The notes under the pieces are model-generated. The model saw only the letters and a program-made list of their open reading frames with translations. It did no database searches and was not told the origin of the DNA. A stretch of DNA of 63,705 nucleotides, counting the filler, from Octopus bimaculoides (taxonomy: Eukaryota): the NCBI RefSeq assembly GCF_001194135.2. It is 4 parts of 4 records of this genome, joined end to end, with 100 filler letters (N's around TTAATTAATTAA, not from the genome) between each part and the next. Parts side by side here need not be neighbours in the genome. Positions count along the whole stretch, not along the records: positions 1 to 13,492 come from NC_068984.1; positions 13,593 to 35,998 come from NC_068999.1; 2 more parts are not named here. One strand, written 5' to 3'. Positions 12,574 through 25,560 of this stretch are shown here, piece by piece (within the stretch, counting starts at the first letter, position 1; every line of letters starts with the position of its first letter). A program made the position numbers and the translations under genes.

Positions 12574-13447
12574 AGGATGAAAGGCAAAGTTGACCTCAAC
12601 AGGATCTAAACTCAGTATATAATGAGTAGAGACAAATACCACAAATGTATTTTCTCGACATCCCAAAGATTCTACCAACACGCCTCCATACTTGAGGATA
12701 TACAATTACAACAACGACTAATGATGGATTTATTCACGATTAATCATTAACCGAAACAGCATATATATATATATATCCAAATAGGAAGATATCAATGCAG
12801 AATGGACGACAAAAAAAAAAGTAAATAAATAAATAAATAATGAATTCGGCACAGTTGAGAATCGAACTAAAAACCTAGAAAGATGAAAATGGAATCATTA
12901 AAAGGTAAAACGCCATATTGGTTTTGTTTTCGTTTTTCTCCATGTAAATTTTTTTTTTCTTTGTTTTATGTTTCTCATCTTTTATTCTTGTCATTCGTTG
13001 CTCAGCATGTCACCACTTTCCCCTCAGCCTCTTTTCACTTTTATGGACAACCACACAATTAGCATGGCATCTGATTTCTGTTTGCTTTGCTTGTCCATTT
13101 TGCTCGTTCGTTGACACGCGAGAATTTGACACAGTTCCATTGTTTTTACACCCCACCCCACAACATTATCATCTCTTTCCATCCCTCCCTCCAGCTCTTC
13201 TTCTTCTTCTTCTTCTTCTTCTTCTCTCTCTCTCCACCCCACCCCCCAATCAAACTTTAGACAACAGATTCAATAATCTGATTAATTCTCTCTGTTAACT
13301 CAATGGAACAATAGTTTTAAATGAGATTTTATACAACAATCCACCATTTTGCGAATATTTCATCTCTAATTGTATTATTTTTACCGTAAAAAGAGGAAAT
13401 TGAACAGACATCTGTTAACCTGTTCACACAAAAACCTGCAGCTATAT

Positions 13448-13492
<45 letters not shown>

Positions 13493-14325
13493 NNNNNNNN
13501 NNNNNNNNNNNNNNNNNNNNNNNNNNNNNNNNNNNNTTAATTAATTAANNNNNNNNNNNNNNNNNNNNNNNNNNNNNNNNNNNNNNNNNNNNGGGGGTTA
13601 GGTTGGGGGTTAGGTTGGGGGTTAGGTTGGGGTGGGGGTAGAGGTGGAGTATGTGGATTAGGCTAAGGCACATCATCATGTAGGACGCCAGAACATGCTA
13701 GGTACAATAATACACCGTTCACAGTGAGGTAAGACAAACATGAATGTTAATACAAGTATATAGATATGTCGGTGCGAAATCCAGCTTAAGCTGTAGATCC
13801 GACTCAGCGTTGGTTCTGGGTGCGGTATAGGTTTAAAAAGAACACATTTATGTTGTATATATATATATATATATATATAATCCAAGAGAGTTAAGGGATA
13901 ATATCTATCCAATATACTGCTGGGAGGGTNNNNNNNNNNAGTTAAGGGATAATATCTATCCAATATACTGCTGGGAGGGTACCCAATTATTGTTACACTA
14001 GTGTTATACCAAGTGCAATAAGTGGGTGCAGGTAAAAGAGGTTCTTTTTACCCTAAATTTATATAGCAATAAGAAGATGGAGGGGAATATGAAGTACTCA
14101 TCAACTTGCAGACAATGTATTTGGTTGGTCAATCTGTTTATTTTATAACCAAAATGACAAAAAAAAAACACAATATACAGACACTTATGACATACCATGT
14201 CATATCAACAATTAAGATTTCAAATTTAAAGGACATTTAGCAATTTAAGAAGGGACAAAATCTTACAGCTGTTTCGGCCTAGCGTTGGCGTGCCCCATTC
14301 TACCTCTATAGCTCCCGTACGCTGT

Positions 14326-14789
14326 AGTAATTAGTAGATGAAAATGATGTAATGGGGGTACATGCATGATTCGCTAGGCGTCTTCAGAGATTTACAAAAT
14401 TCAATTCATGAATTTTGCCAAATTTTAATACAAATATAAAATAAAAAATAAAAAATAAAAATATAAAAATATAAGGCACATAAAAACACCTACAAAAAGT
14501 ATAAAAAACCCCATAAAAACTCCAATATACATGCAGATGCATGTATACATTACCATATACATGCATATGCATGTATATTGGAGTTTTTATGACTATTTAT
14601 AAGGTTTTATTTTTTTTTTGTAGGTTTTTTTATGTGCCTTATATTTTTATATTTTTATTTTTTATTTTTATTTTATATTTGTATTAAAATTTGGCAGAGT
14701 TCAAGAATTGAATTTTGTAAATCTCTGAAGAGGCCTAGTAAATCATGCATGTACCACCCCCATTACAACATTTTCATCTACTAATTACT
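14326..14789. repeat. Long foldback (inverted repeat, ~222-bp arms, 8-nt spacer)
   Basis: 14326-14547 is the near reverse complement of 14556-14789; the spacer is CATTACCA. Confidence 0.9.
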
Positions 14790-15025
14790 CTACTAATTAC
14801 TCCTAATGTATCCTTCCTAGTATTTGAGTAATACTCAACTGTACTTTCTAGCACGTTGAGAGGCATATTCACTAATTTAGGTGAGTTTAAGGAGAGAGAA
14901 TATTTATCCGGATCATAATAACTGGAAGGTCCAGTGCAGTGGCGGTAGGAGAGAGAACGGGAAGGAGGGAGAAAGAAAGAGAAAGAGACAGATACACAGG
15001 GACATGCAGAGAGACAGATAGGCAA

Positions 15026-15057
<32 letters not shown>

Positions 15058-15174
15058 GGGGGGAACACAGTCTGTTATTTGTGGTCGTCGTAGCGTTCAG
15101 TATGTGTGTGGATGACATAGAAACAGTGTTGTCTATCATCTTGTATTCTGGGACTGGTTCTTATTCATTAGTAA

Positions 15175-15355
15175 CATTAGTTTCAAATTTTGGCACAAGG
15201 CCAACATATTCTAAGGAGGGAATAAGTAGATTACATCGGTCCACAATGCTCAACTAGTACTTATTTTATCGACCCCGAAGGATGGAAGAGCAAAGTCTAC
15301 CTCGGCAGAGTTTGCATTTTGCCCGGCGTGCTAACGATTCTGCCAGCACGCCGAC
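15175..15355 (-). mobile_element. SINE family S2 with internal deletion
   Basis: tggcacaaggcc...ctagtacttattttatcgaccccgaaggatgg...gcccggcgtgctaacgattctgccagc. Confidence 0.7.
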
Positions 15356-15482
15356 GATATCAACATTTCTAATATCGAGAGACTTACACGCGGTAACTTA
15401 ATTATAAAAGAATAGCATCGACTCTGCCGTTCTTTGATCGGTCAAAGGATATGTTTGCCGAACATGCAAAATGTATTATATT

Positions 15483-15528
<46 letters not shown>

Positions 15529-17044
15529 TACATATACATACATATACACACACATACATGTAAGTGCGTATGAAGAAAGCGACATACATACTTACGTATA
15601 TGTGTGCATACACACACGCACATACACACATATATATATACAGACACACGCACACATATGTACATATATATATATGTATATGTATGATGCATATCTCAGG
15701 AAAATCATTGTGAACTCTGGTACAACATGCAGACATCTATCCAAATATAAATCAAATACATGACCTACAAATGTCGTTTAAAGTAGGGAAATCAGATGAA
15801 GTGATTCCTTAGCGCAAAAGTCGGGAACCTCTGGGGATTTATTTCACGTAATTGTTTACTGTTAAAAAAATTCTATCGCTTAAGATGAATATCCGTCCAA
15901 TCATCTATCCGTATGTATGTGTACATACATTACATATAGGTGAAATAATGATTGTATGGTTGAGAAGCTCGTTTTTAACTATATGGTCTCGAGTTCAGTC
16001 CCACAGTACGGCATGTTGTACGGATAATGCCTTATAAGTGAATTTGGTAGACGGAATTTATTGGAAGCTTGTCGTGTGTGTGTATGTATAGTTGAAAAGT
16101 GGTTAAGAATCCATACAAATTAAAGGTTATATGAAATATGCAAAGGTGGAAACAACACAGAAGTATGATAAAAAATTATAAAAACTTTTTTTTTCCTTTA
16201 GTCGGACCGGATATTTTTATATTTATTACATTGAGTGACTTTTATAAAATATTACCGGTTTCAATGTGTTTGTCCATCTTATCAAATATTAAAAATTGAA
16301 GTCAAGAATTTGGGAATAAGAAAAAATTGAAAATTAAAATAGTTTGTTCTCATATTCTGTGGGTAATTAAGAACATGTTTACACATAGATATATACATAT
16401 GCACGCGCGTGCACACACACATGCAAACCCATATATACATTAGGCTTTTTGAGTTTCCATCTACCAAGTCCATTCACAAGGTTTTGGTCGGCCCGTGTGG
16501 TTTGGAAGCAAACTTCAAACCACACAGCCAATAATCAATAATGCATAAATAACAACTGTGGCTTATGTGGTATTCTCTCATAATATACTTGTGGACACAA
16601 GAGCATAGCCATGCTGCTCAGTATATATTTGGTTATCCGGTATTTGTACCTCAAAGAGAATGTTCTAGTACTTACATTTATATCGTCATTGAGCTCAAAT
16701 ATGAAACAGATTTACCTCCACCATTTCATGCAAACCACTCTCAGTGATCTGGTCTATATTTTCAAATCCTATCGTTCAGATCACTAGATAAAATATAAAG
16801 ACAATAAAATATACACAAGATAAATGACACGGAGTTTAGGAACAGGCCCCCTGATGAAATATGCTGGACGTAATTGCTACGCATGACCACGACAAATAAT
16901 TCTATGCAGAAGCTAGCTGAAAGCTAAAATGTTACATGAGAAATCACTAATAAATACAGACATATGCGCGGTTTAAATATAGTAAAACTCTTTATGAAAC
17001 TTGTTGATGTTTTTTCTCAAACTGTGAGTAAAAAAGTTTTAAAA

Positions 17045-17400
17045 AGCGTGACGATGTGGTTAGAAGTTGTCCTTCCAGCCATGTGGTTTCAGGTTCAGTC
17101 CCATTGCGCGGCACTTTGGGCAAGAGTCTCCTATTATAACACCAGGCCGAATAAAGTCTTGTGGTAGATGAACACAGTGTAGAAAGTGTGTGTATACATG
17201 CCGGGCGAAATACTTGGCGGCATTTTGTCTGCCTTTGCGTTCTGAGTTCAAATTCTGCCGAGGTCGACTTAGTCTTTTACCCTTTCGTGGAACGATAAAA
17301 TAAGTACCAGTTGAGCACTGTGGTCAATGTAATCGATTTACCTACTCCCTGAGAAATTGCTGACCTTGTGCCAAAATTTGAAACCAATGTATTACTGGTA
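17045..17400 (+). mobile_element. Adjacent S1 (17045-17175) and S2 (17195-17400) SINE fragments
   Basis: caggttcagtcccattgcgcggcactttgggcaagag, then gttctgagttcaaattctgccgaggtcgac...ccttgtgccaaaatttgaaacc. Confidence 0.7.
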
Positions 17401-17544
17401 CTTATTTAATCAACCATCAAAACATGTAAGAAAAATCTGACGGGGATAAAATTTGAGCTTAGAAAACAAATGGTCGTAACAACATACGGCCTGCACAGTC
17501 GGTCAGCCGAACACGATTTCTGCCGCTTTCAAAGGGATCAGAAG

Positions 17545-17790
17545 AGCAGATAATCTTTTCTACTATAGGAACAAGGCCTGAATTATTTTTTGTAGGTGGT
17601 GGTGGTGGTGGTGGTGAGGAGCTAGTCGATTATATCGACCCCAGTGCAAAACTGATTCTTATTCCAGCAACCCTGATGGATGAAAGGTAAAGTCGACTTT
17701 GGGCAGAATTTGAACTCAGAATGTAATAGCGGACGAAATACTGCTAAGCATTTTTCCGGCATGTTAACGATTCTGGCTGTTCGCTGCCTT
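17545..17790 (-). mobile_element. SINE family S2
   Basis: gtcgattatatcgaccccagtg...aagtcgactttgggcagaatttgaactcagaa...taacgattctg. Confidence 0.7.
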
Positions 17791-18229
17791 GATCTGATGA
17801 GAAAATAATAAGATTAAAATAAAGATAAACATTAAAATAAATAAAAATAATAAAATATATTTGGGAAAAAAATCTAGGCAAATGCATCGAAAAGAAAAGA
17901 AAGAGATGGGAAGGGCATATATTAGGGTGGAGGGAGATAGGGGTAGATAAACAAAGAGAAAGAAGGAGTGAAGAGAATGCTTGTGGGTGCGAGTATGTAT
18001 GTGTGTTTATGTGTATGTGTGTCAGTGTGTTTATGTATCTAGTTTCAGGTTGGAAATTTGTGACTTTAACCGATGGATAAATTGGCAGTGATGGCTGTTG
18101 GATGTGTGTGTGTGTTGCATGGAGGTGGGTGGGAGTAAATAGGAAAGTAGACTAGGGGGGTGGAAGGGTTGTCAGTGTCTTAGCTGAGGATATATAAACT
18201 CCTCCCTTCCTCTCTCAAGACAGACACAG

Positions 18230-18720
18230 ATTCCTCTCTTCCTTCCCACTCCCGAGACATACACTACACACATACACTCAGCCATTACTAGTACCACCAC
18301 CACCAACAACAACAACCACATCAATACTACCGCCACCACCACCACCACAACTACATTCACCAACACAATGTCTACCACCGCATCACCACCACTAACATTG
18401 CTACAAAAAACACCGCAAAAAATACCATAGCCACAAGTAACATCAGCACCACCACTAACCCAATCCTTACCTCCACCACCACCACTACAACAATCTCCAC
18501 CACCGCCACCACCATCATCAAGCACTACAAGGATCACCACCAATACTATCACCACCACAACCGCAACCTCGACAAACATCTCTACATGCACCGCCATCAC
18601 TACCACAACCGAAACCACTTACACAACCCTCACCCCACCAATTCAGTCACCACCACCTCACCACTACACTACCATTCACTACGCACCACCACTACCTCTA
18701 CCCCCATAATTAGTAGTAGG
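18230..18720. repeat. Cryptically simple (ACC/ACA/ACT)-rich low-complexity tract
   Basis: A long run of degenerate CAC/CAA/CTA triplets. Confidence 0.85.
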
Positions 18721-18887
18721 TACTCCTGTTGAACCCTTTCTTACACGTCTACTCTGACATTTTTAATTGAATGTGAACGGGGGTGGGACGACAAGGATTG
18801 TCCACGGATCGTTCCTGGGAAGATCTGCTCTGGGTGTGTTTGTTTAATTTCAGGGCCTACATACATACATGCATACATGACTACATG

Positions 18888-18928
<41 letters not shown>

Positions 18929-19622
18929 TTATACACACACACATATACACAAACACATACTTGCATACAAATATACAGCGTGTTAGTGAATTTGCATGTG
19001 TGTGAGGTATTTTTGTATTGAATATATATGTGTATATGTATGAGTGTGTGAGTATGTATATAGATCGNNNNNNNNNNNNNNNNNNNNNNNNNNNNNNNNN
19101 NNNNNNNNNNNNNNNNNNNNNNNNNNNNNNNNNNNNNNNNNNNNNNNNNNNNNNNNNNNNNNNNNNNNNNNNNNNNNNNNNNNNNNNNNNNNNNNNNNNN
19201 NNNNNNNNNNNNNNNNNNNNNNNNNNNNNNNNNNNNNNNNNNNNNNNNNNNNNNNNNNNNNNNNNNNNNNNNNNNNNNNNNNNNNNNNNNNNNNNNNNNN
19301 NNNNNNNNNNNNNNNNNNNNNNNNNNNNNNNNNNNNNNNNNNNNNNNNNNNNNNNNNNNNNNNNNNNNNNNNNNNNNNNNNNNNNNNNNNNNNNNNNNNN
19401 NNNNNNNNNNNNNNNNNNNNNNNNNNNNNNNNNNNNNNNNNNNNNNNNNNNNNNNNNNNNNNNNNNNNNNNNNNNNNNNNNNNNNNNNNNNNNNNNNNNN
19501 NNNNNNNNNNNNNNNNNNNNNNNNNNNNNNNNNNNNNNNNNNNNNNNNNNNNNNNNNNNNNNNNNNNNNNNNNNNNNNNNNNNNNNNNNNNNNNNNNNNN
19601 NNNNNNNNNNNNNNNNNNNNNN

Positions 19623-19663
<41 letters not shown>

Positions 19664-19964
19664 TCACACACACACACGTACGTAAATCTAGTATCCTGTA
19701 TAACGACAGCGTCGACTCACGCTTAATTGGAAATCCGATCTCGTACAATCTCACTAAATCTCGGCCAATGTTATTTGATCCGTTGGTGAAAGCAGCATTT
19801 GTCAGATCTGCTCTTCGACAAGAAAAGACTCCAACCAATGGATAACTTCTGCAATGACGAGTGTAGACTCTGTGATAGAGTCTGTGTTATTGTATACTAT
19901 ACGTGATGTAGTCAATGTGACTAAATATACACCGTGGAGGTTTGTATTCTATGCGTTACTTGTT

Positions 19965-20500
19965 ACAATCATTGGACTGCGACCATGCTGGGGCACCATC
20001 TTGAAGAATTTTAGTCGAACAAATCAAATCCTGTATTTATTCTAAAATCTGCTGCTTATTCTATTAGTCTCTTTAGCCGGAGGCTCAAACAATACAACAC
20101 TGGTTATCAAGTGGTGGTTGGGAGCAAACACAAACATACACACACGTATATACTATAGGCTTCTTTCAGTTTCTGTCTACCAAATCCACCTACAAGGCTT
20201 TGGTAGGCCCAGGCTATTGTGGAAGGCGCTTGCCCAAAGTGCCCACATTTGTTAAATATCATAGACTCTATCACAGGCCTATCAGTGTGGTAAGTTTGCT
20301 TCTAAGTCACATAGTTCCGGGTTGGGTCCATCCACCATATATATATATACACGACGGAATTCCACACAGTTTCCGTCAACCAAATTAACTCATTATGTAT
20401 TGGTCGGCCGAGGTATAAAGTAGAAGACAGCTGCCTAAGAAGGTGTCGCACAGTGGGATGAATCCGAAACCACGGGGTCTGCAATGCGGGCTTCTTAACC
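19965..20500 (-). mobile_element. Two tandem S1 SINE copies or fragments
   Basis: gactgcgaccatgctggggcacc...ttctttcagtttctgtctaccaaatcc, and a second cgacggaattccacacagtttccg...cacagtgggatgaatccg. Confidence 0.7.
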
Positions 20501-21565
20501 ATTGCAGCATATAGTATATAATCTATATGACTGTTTGCTGCGTCTTGAGGTCATGTGACTTTACGATCTGTGTTGTGGTATATATAACTGTATACAATGT
20601 GCTACATGATCTATTTGATACACTATAAAATGCAGTGTGTTGTATGTGAATATATGTTGTGGCTGATTTGAATTTAGTTTTCCGTAATTCGTCATAACTT
20701 ATTGTTTCCTTGTTACTGATAATTACTGATATATCGTGTTTCTGTTGATAAAAGTGTTATAGGAGTAATGTTATTTACAATGACAGGGTAAGTACCAGAA
20801 TTAAATTTGTCTATGTATTTATTTTTCGTTGTTTCGTTTCAGGTTTAGTTTCACTTCGTGGGACTTTGTGCAAGTGCTTACTTCTATAGCTCTGGGCCAA
20901 CCAATGCCTTGTGAGTGTACGAAAGCCAGTCGTGTGCGTATGTGTGTGTGTGTGTGCGCGCGCGCGCGCGCGCGTGTGTGTATAAAAGTCGAGTGGGTGT
21001 TGCGTATCATTACTTAATAAATGAAGAGAATGCATTATAAACAAACAACGACAGATAAAAAACGTATAGGTATACTGAGTGTACAACCGGACGGGAGACA
21101 GACACTGATGGTCCCTAATTCTTCATCAGTTATCAACCAAATGGTAATACTCAGTTTCGCACCATTAATGATAAGACTGAGAATTTCCCATATTGGTGGT
21201 GCTTGCGAATGCCGCAGAGAATGTCTAGCCTCAGGTAAACAAAACAGCACAGAGTGGATATACGAAAGTAAAAAATATAATTTAAGACGATGGACAAAGA
21301 CGAAATAAACAGGAAACGAGCAAAATACGACCTTAGGGACAAAAAGAGAAGAATGATGGGTAACGCTTAGAAGAAATCCTAAAGAATATAGAAAACAGCA
21401 AATAGCAAGACAGAAATGTTTTGCGACTGAATAGCTGAGCAGATGCATACATATATAAATTTAGAGCCGTTTAAGAATCCATAAGTCAGAAAAAATTTGC
21501 ACACATACGTTTGTCAGCAACGTGGGTATATTAATCGAAGTGTACAGTACTATATATAATTATGA

Positions 21566-21634
21566 CCGATCTTACCAATGGGTTTCGCCCTAGGTAACAG
21601 CCCTATTATCTAACCCTGCGCTCTTCAGAGTTGG
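21566..21634 (-). ncRNA. Degenerate hammerhead-like motif (family D)
   Basis: Minus strand: CCAACT-CTGAAGA-GC...GGGC-GAAAC-CCATTG-GTA-AGATCGG. The core is intact, helix III is ACC/GGT, and stems I and II are only partly paired. Confidence 0.4.
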
Positions 21635-22032
21635 AAGTTATGGAAGAAAATTTGGCGACTGCTTTCTATTGTTGGAGTTGAAAAGACACATCCGGTTTGT
21701 GGTTGCCGTCGAAAAAAAGAAGACGAAACAAACTGAGTAAGGGTTAAATTAAGAGTTATGTCTCTTAGCACCAAAAATGTATGCTGCAAGAGTTTTCTAG
21801 AAATGTGTGTATGAGAAATGTGTGTATGGTTCAGAGGTTGGCATTCTTGTAAGGTTCGAATATGTGCAGGGGTACTATATATATATATAACGTGTTCGGA
21901 ATGTGGGGTGTGGGAGGATGACCAAAAATCGCATACGTACCTGCGTTATATGCGCCTGCGTAACCTGTTATACGTGCGTGTGTACGTGTGTGTGTGTGTA
22001 TCTATGTGTGTGCGTGTGCATGTGTGTGTGAG

Positions 22033-22067
<35 letters not shown>

Positions 22068-22562
22068 GTTTGTGTTTGTCATCCCCTGCCGTTTGACAAC
22101 CGATGTTGTCAAGCGACTTACGCCCCCGTAAATAAGCAGTTTGGGAAAATAGACCGATACAATCAGTACAAACTACAAAACAATGCTTAACTGGTAATTA
22201 TTTTATCGACCTCGAAAGGTTGAAAGCTAAAGTCAAAAGCGGCAGAATTTGAACTCAGAACGTAAGGACAGACGAAATGCCGCTAAGCATTTAGCCCGGC
22301 TCGGTAACAACTCTGCCAGCTCGCCACCCCAAACCAATACATAATAATGGAAAACTCAATGGGCTTGTGCAAAGAATTCCGTCTTCGAAATGTTACTCAA
22401 AAAGTATTGGACCACCAGGGATTACGGTAAAATTCCTTTCGCAAAATGCTAAGCATTAGGCTCGAACTTGGAGCCACATAGTTGACCTGTATCCCAGTCT
22501 GCTTCCATATGAATGTATCTATATAAGACTTAAACATGTCCACAGTCATCAACAGGGTGAGG

Positions 22563-22985
22563 TGGGGGCTGTGTGGTAAGAGGTTTGTTTCCCATCTACA
22601 TGGTTCTGGGTTCAGTCCCGCAGTGTGGCACCTTGGGAGAGAGTCTTCTATAGCCTGGGGCTGACTAAAGGTAGATTGAAACTAAAAGAAGCCCGTCGTA
22701 TATACATATATGTGTTTGTGGTGCGTATGTTTGTTTCCCACCACCGCTTGACAACCGATGCCTGCGTTCCCGTAACAAGGCGGTGAGCTGGCAGAATCGT
22801 TAGCACGCTGGACGGAGTGCTTAGCAGTATTTCACCTGTCGTTACGTTCTGAGTTCAAATTCCACCGATGTCGCCTTTGCCTTTCATCATTTCGAGGTCG
22901 ATGAATTAAGTACCAGTGAAACACTGGGATCGATGTAATCGACTAATCCCCTCCCCCAAATTTTAGACCTTGTGTCTGCAGCAGA
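22563..22985 (+). mobile_element. S1 SINE (22563-22785) followed by S2 SINE (22783-22985)
   Basis: ggttctgggttcagtcccgcagtgtggcaccttggg, then ggtgagctggcagaatcgttagcacg...gttctgagttcaaattcc. Confidence 0.75.
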
Positions 22986-23414
22986 GAGGATTATTTTGCC
23001 TTGCTCAGTGAATTTTCCGCCCAGGTACTACTTCCATAGCACGATCTTATTTAGCAGGTATGTGAAGACTACGTTTCGCAGGAAATTCCTGATATGTCCT
23101 ACCATATCAACATAAGTGCCAAAGATAAGATACTTTTCTTGCTCCAATAATTTCTTTCATTAGATTATTTTTTGGTTGTTTGGATTTTTCCCTTGCTCCC
23201 TCTGAGAGTAAATTTTCATAAATTTTCGTTGATTTAGTGGGGGAAGAGTTGGTTAGCCCCTTAAATATAGCCATTTGCATCTATCTATCTATCTATCTAT
23301 CAATCTATCTATCTATACTATTTTATTAAAGTTGAAAATACTTTACAAACAGTTACTCAAGTTTCATGTATGTATGTATGCATGTATATATGTATGTATG
23401 TATATATGTATGTA

Positions 23415-23454
<40 letters not shown>

Positions 23455-23883
23455 GATACATACATACATACATATGTTAAATAAAATTAAAGGATATCTC
23501 TTTATCAGAGACGGTGTGAGATGGTTAAATAGAAGGAAATTGTAGAGTTCAATATAGGGAGTTATTTGGGAAAAGGATGAAATAAGAAGTATAAAGGGAA
23601 ATAAGGGATACAAATAAAAGTAAAAATATATGTGCGATGTTATAATTACAGTTCCATTATCCAAGAAAAGTGATGAGTAGAAGTGGTAGAAATGCTTCTT
23701 GTCTATAGTATTCAAATTCCGATAGGAGTTCATATTTTGTCATTTACATATATCGTAAGTTTATCTTAACAGTTTTGATGCGACTCTACCCTTTACTTTT
23801 CTCTCTCCCCATCGCTTTCTCTCTCATCCTTTCTCTAATTCCTGTTTTTTCTCCCCTTCAGCATTTTCTTTCTATCTGTCTCG

Positions 23884-23951
<68 letters not shown>

Positions 23952-24703
23952 NNNNNNNNNNNNNNNNNNNNNNNNNNNNNNNNNNNNNNNNNNNNNNNNN
24001 NNNNNNNNNNNNNNNNNNNNNNNNNNNNNNNNNNNNNNNNNNNNNNNNNNNNNNNNNNNNNNNNNNNNNNNNNNNNNNNNNNNNNNNNNNNNNNNNNNNN
24101 NNNNNNNNNNNNNNNNNNNNNNNNNNNNNNNNNNNNNNNNNNNNNNNNNNNNNNNNNNNNNNNNNNNNNNNNNNNNNNNNNNNNNNNNNNNNNNNNNNNN
24201 NNNNNNNNNNNNNNNNNNNNNNNNNNNNNNNNNNNNNNNNNNNNNNNNNNNNNNNNNNNNNNNNNNNNNNNNNNNNNNNNNNNNNNNNNNNNNNNNNNNN
24301 NNNNNNNNNNNNNNNNNNNNNNNNNNNNNNNNNNNNNNNNNNNNNNNNNNNNNNNNNNNNNNNNNNNNNNNNNNNNNNNNNNNNNNNNNNNNNNNNNNNN
24401 NNNNNNNNNNNNNNNNNNNNNNNNNNNNNNNNNNNNNNNNNNNNNNNNNNNNNNNNNNNNNNNNNNNNNNNNNNNNNNNNNNNNNNNNNNNNNNNNNNNN
24501 NNNNNNNNNNNNNNNNNNNNNNNNNNNNNNNNNNNNNNNNNNNNNNNNNNNNNNNNNNNNNNNNNNNNNNNNNNNNNNNNNNNNNNNNNNNNNNNNNNNN
24601 NNNNNNNNNNNNNNNNNNNNNNNNNNNNNNNNNNNNNNNNNNNNNNNNNNNNNNNNNNGGTACATATATATATATATATATATATATTGATAGATCGATA
24701 CAT

Positions 24704-24750
<47 letters not shown>

Positions 24751-24759
24751 CTTTTCTTT

Positions 24760-24935
24760 TACGTGTTATCTATTTTCTTCCAATTTTTTTTCACTCTAAA
24801 TTCTTTCCTTCATGTTTTCATTCTTTCTTTTAGTCTTCTTTGTTTTAGTTCTTCCGATTCACTTCTGTCTGTAGATTCTTTCATCCCCCCTCCCCACCTC
24901 TATTCTCACTGTCTACATATCTGTCCCTCTATCCG

Positions 24936-24966
<31 letters not shown>

Positions 24967-25189
24967 GTCCATCACATACTTTCCCACCTTTCCTGTTTAG
25001 CATCTCTCCTCCCTCCCACCACCATCCATCTCCTTCATCTCCTTCATCCTCTACTTGCCTCTCCCCACTGTTTATTTTCTCAAACCACCACCTCCCTCAC
25101 TCACACCTATGACTTCCACCTTTCCCCGAACCCCCCCCCCCACTCCCAGGCTATACCCTGTTACATTCTCTGTGGCTTTCCTCGCTGTT

Positions 25190-25231
<42 letters not shown>

Positions 25232-25560
25232 TTCATTTTGTAACACTCAGTCCCTTCTTCATTATTTCGTTTCTCAGACGTCCGTCCTCCTTCCTTCCTA
25301 TATCTTTATACCATCCCTTTCTCTATTCTTTCTCCACACAATCTCCTACAACCACAATCTTTAGTCTCCTCCTCCCATCAATCACACCATGTACCCCCCC
25401 CCCGCTTCTCCCCTCTCCTTCCTCCTCTTGCCTCCGCCCATCAACCAACGCTTCTCTCCAATTTCCACTCTCTTTCTCTCTCTCTCTCTCTCTCCTTTTT
25501 CTTTTTGGCTTTATCGACCCTTTCTCCAGCTCAACCAATCCCTTATAATTCCTTCTACCC
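24760..25560. repeat. Polypyrimidine (CT-rich) low-complexity tract with (CT)n runs
   Basis: A strongly C/T-skewed strand with several (CT)n arrays. Confidence 0.85.

Noticed and set aside
13537-13548. TTAATTAATTAA inside N-runs (also 36043-36054 and 46137-46148)
   Set aside because: An identical 12-mer centred in ~100-base N spacers, with stop codons in all six frames; an assembly linker, not biology.
13889-13980. 41-bp direct repeat flanking a 10-N gap
   Set aside because: Typical unmerged contig overlap.
16840-16900. CTGATGA followed by an ATGC...GCAT stem
   Set aside because: No GAAA(C) after the stem, so the hammerhead core is incomplete.
18172-18618. 148-aa Val/Gly-rich ORF, or a mucin-like reading on the other strand
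   Set aside because: Product of a cryptically simple ACC-rich tract, with no non-repetitive coding flank.
19680-19845. Open stretch readable on both strands after a gap
   Set aside because: Short, with no recognisable protein motif; cannot be supported as an exon.
21021-21448. Overlapping 95-137 aa ORFs, with a possible LINE remnant
   Set aside because: Only vague RTE-like words; no consistent frame or motif.
24763-25548. 261-aa Leu/Ser/Pro-rich ORF
   Set aside because: An artefact of a stop-poor polypyrimidine tract.
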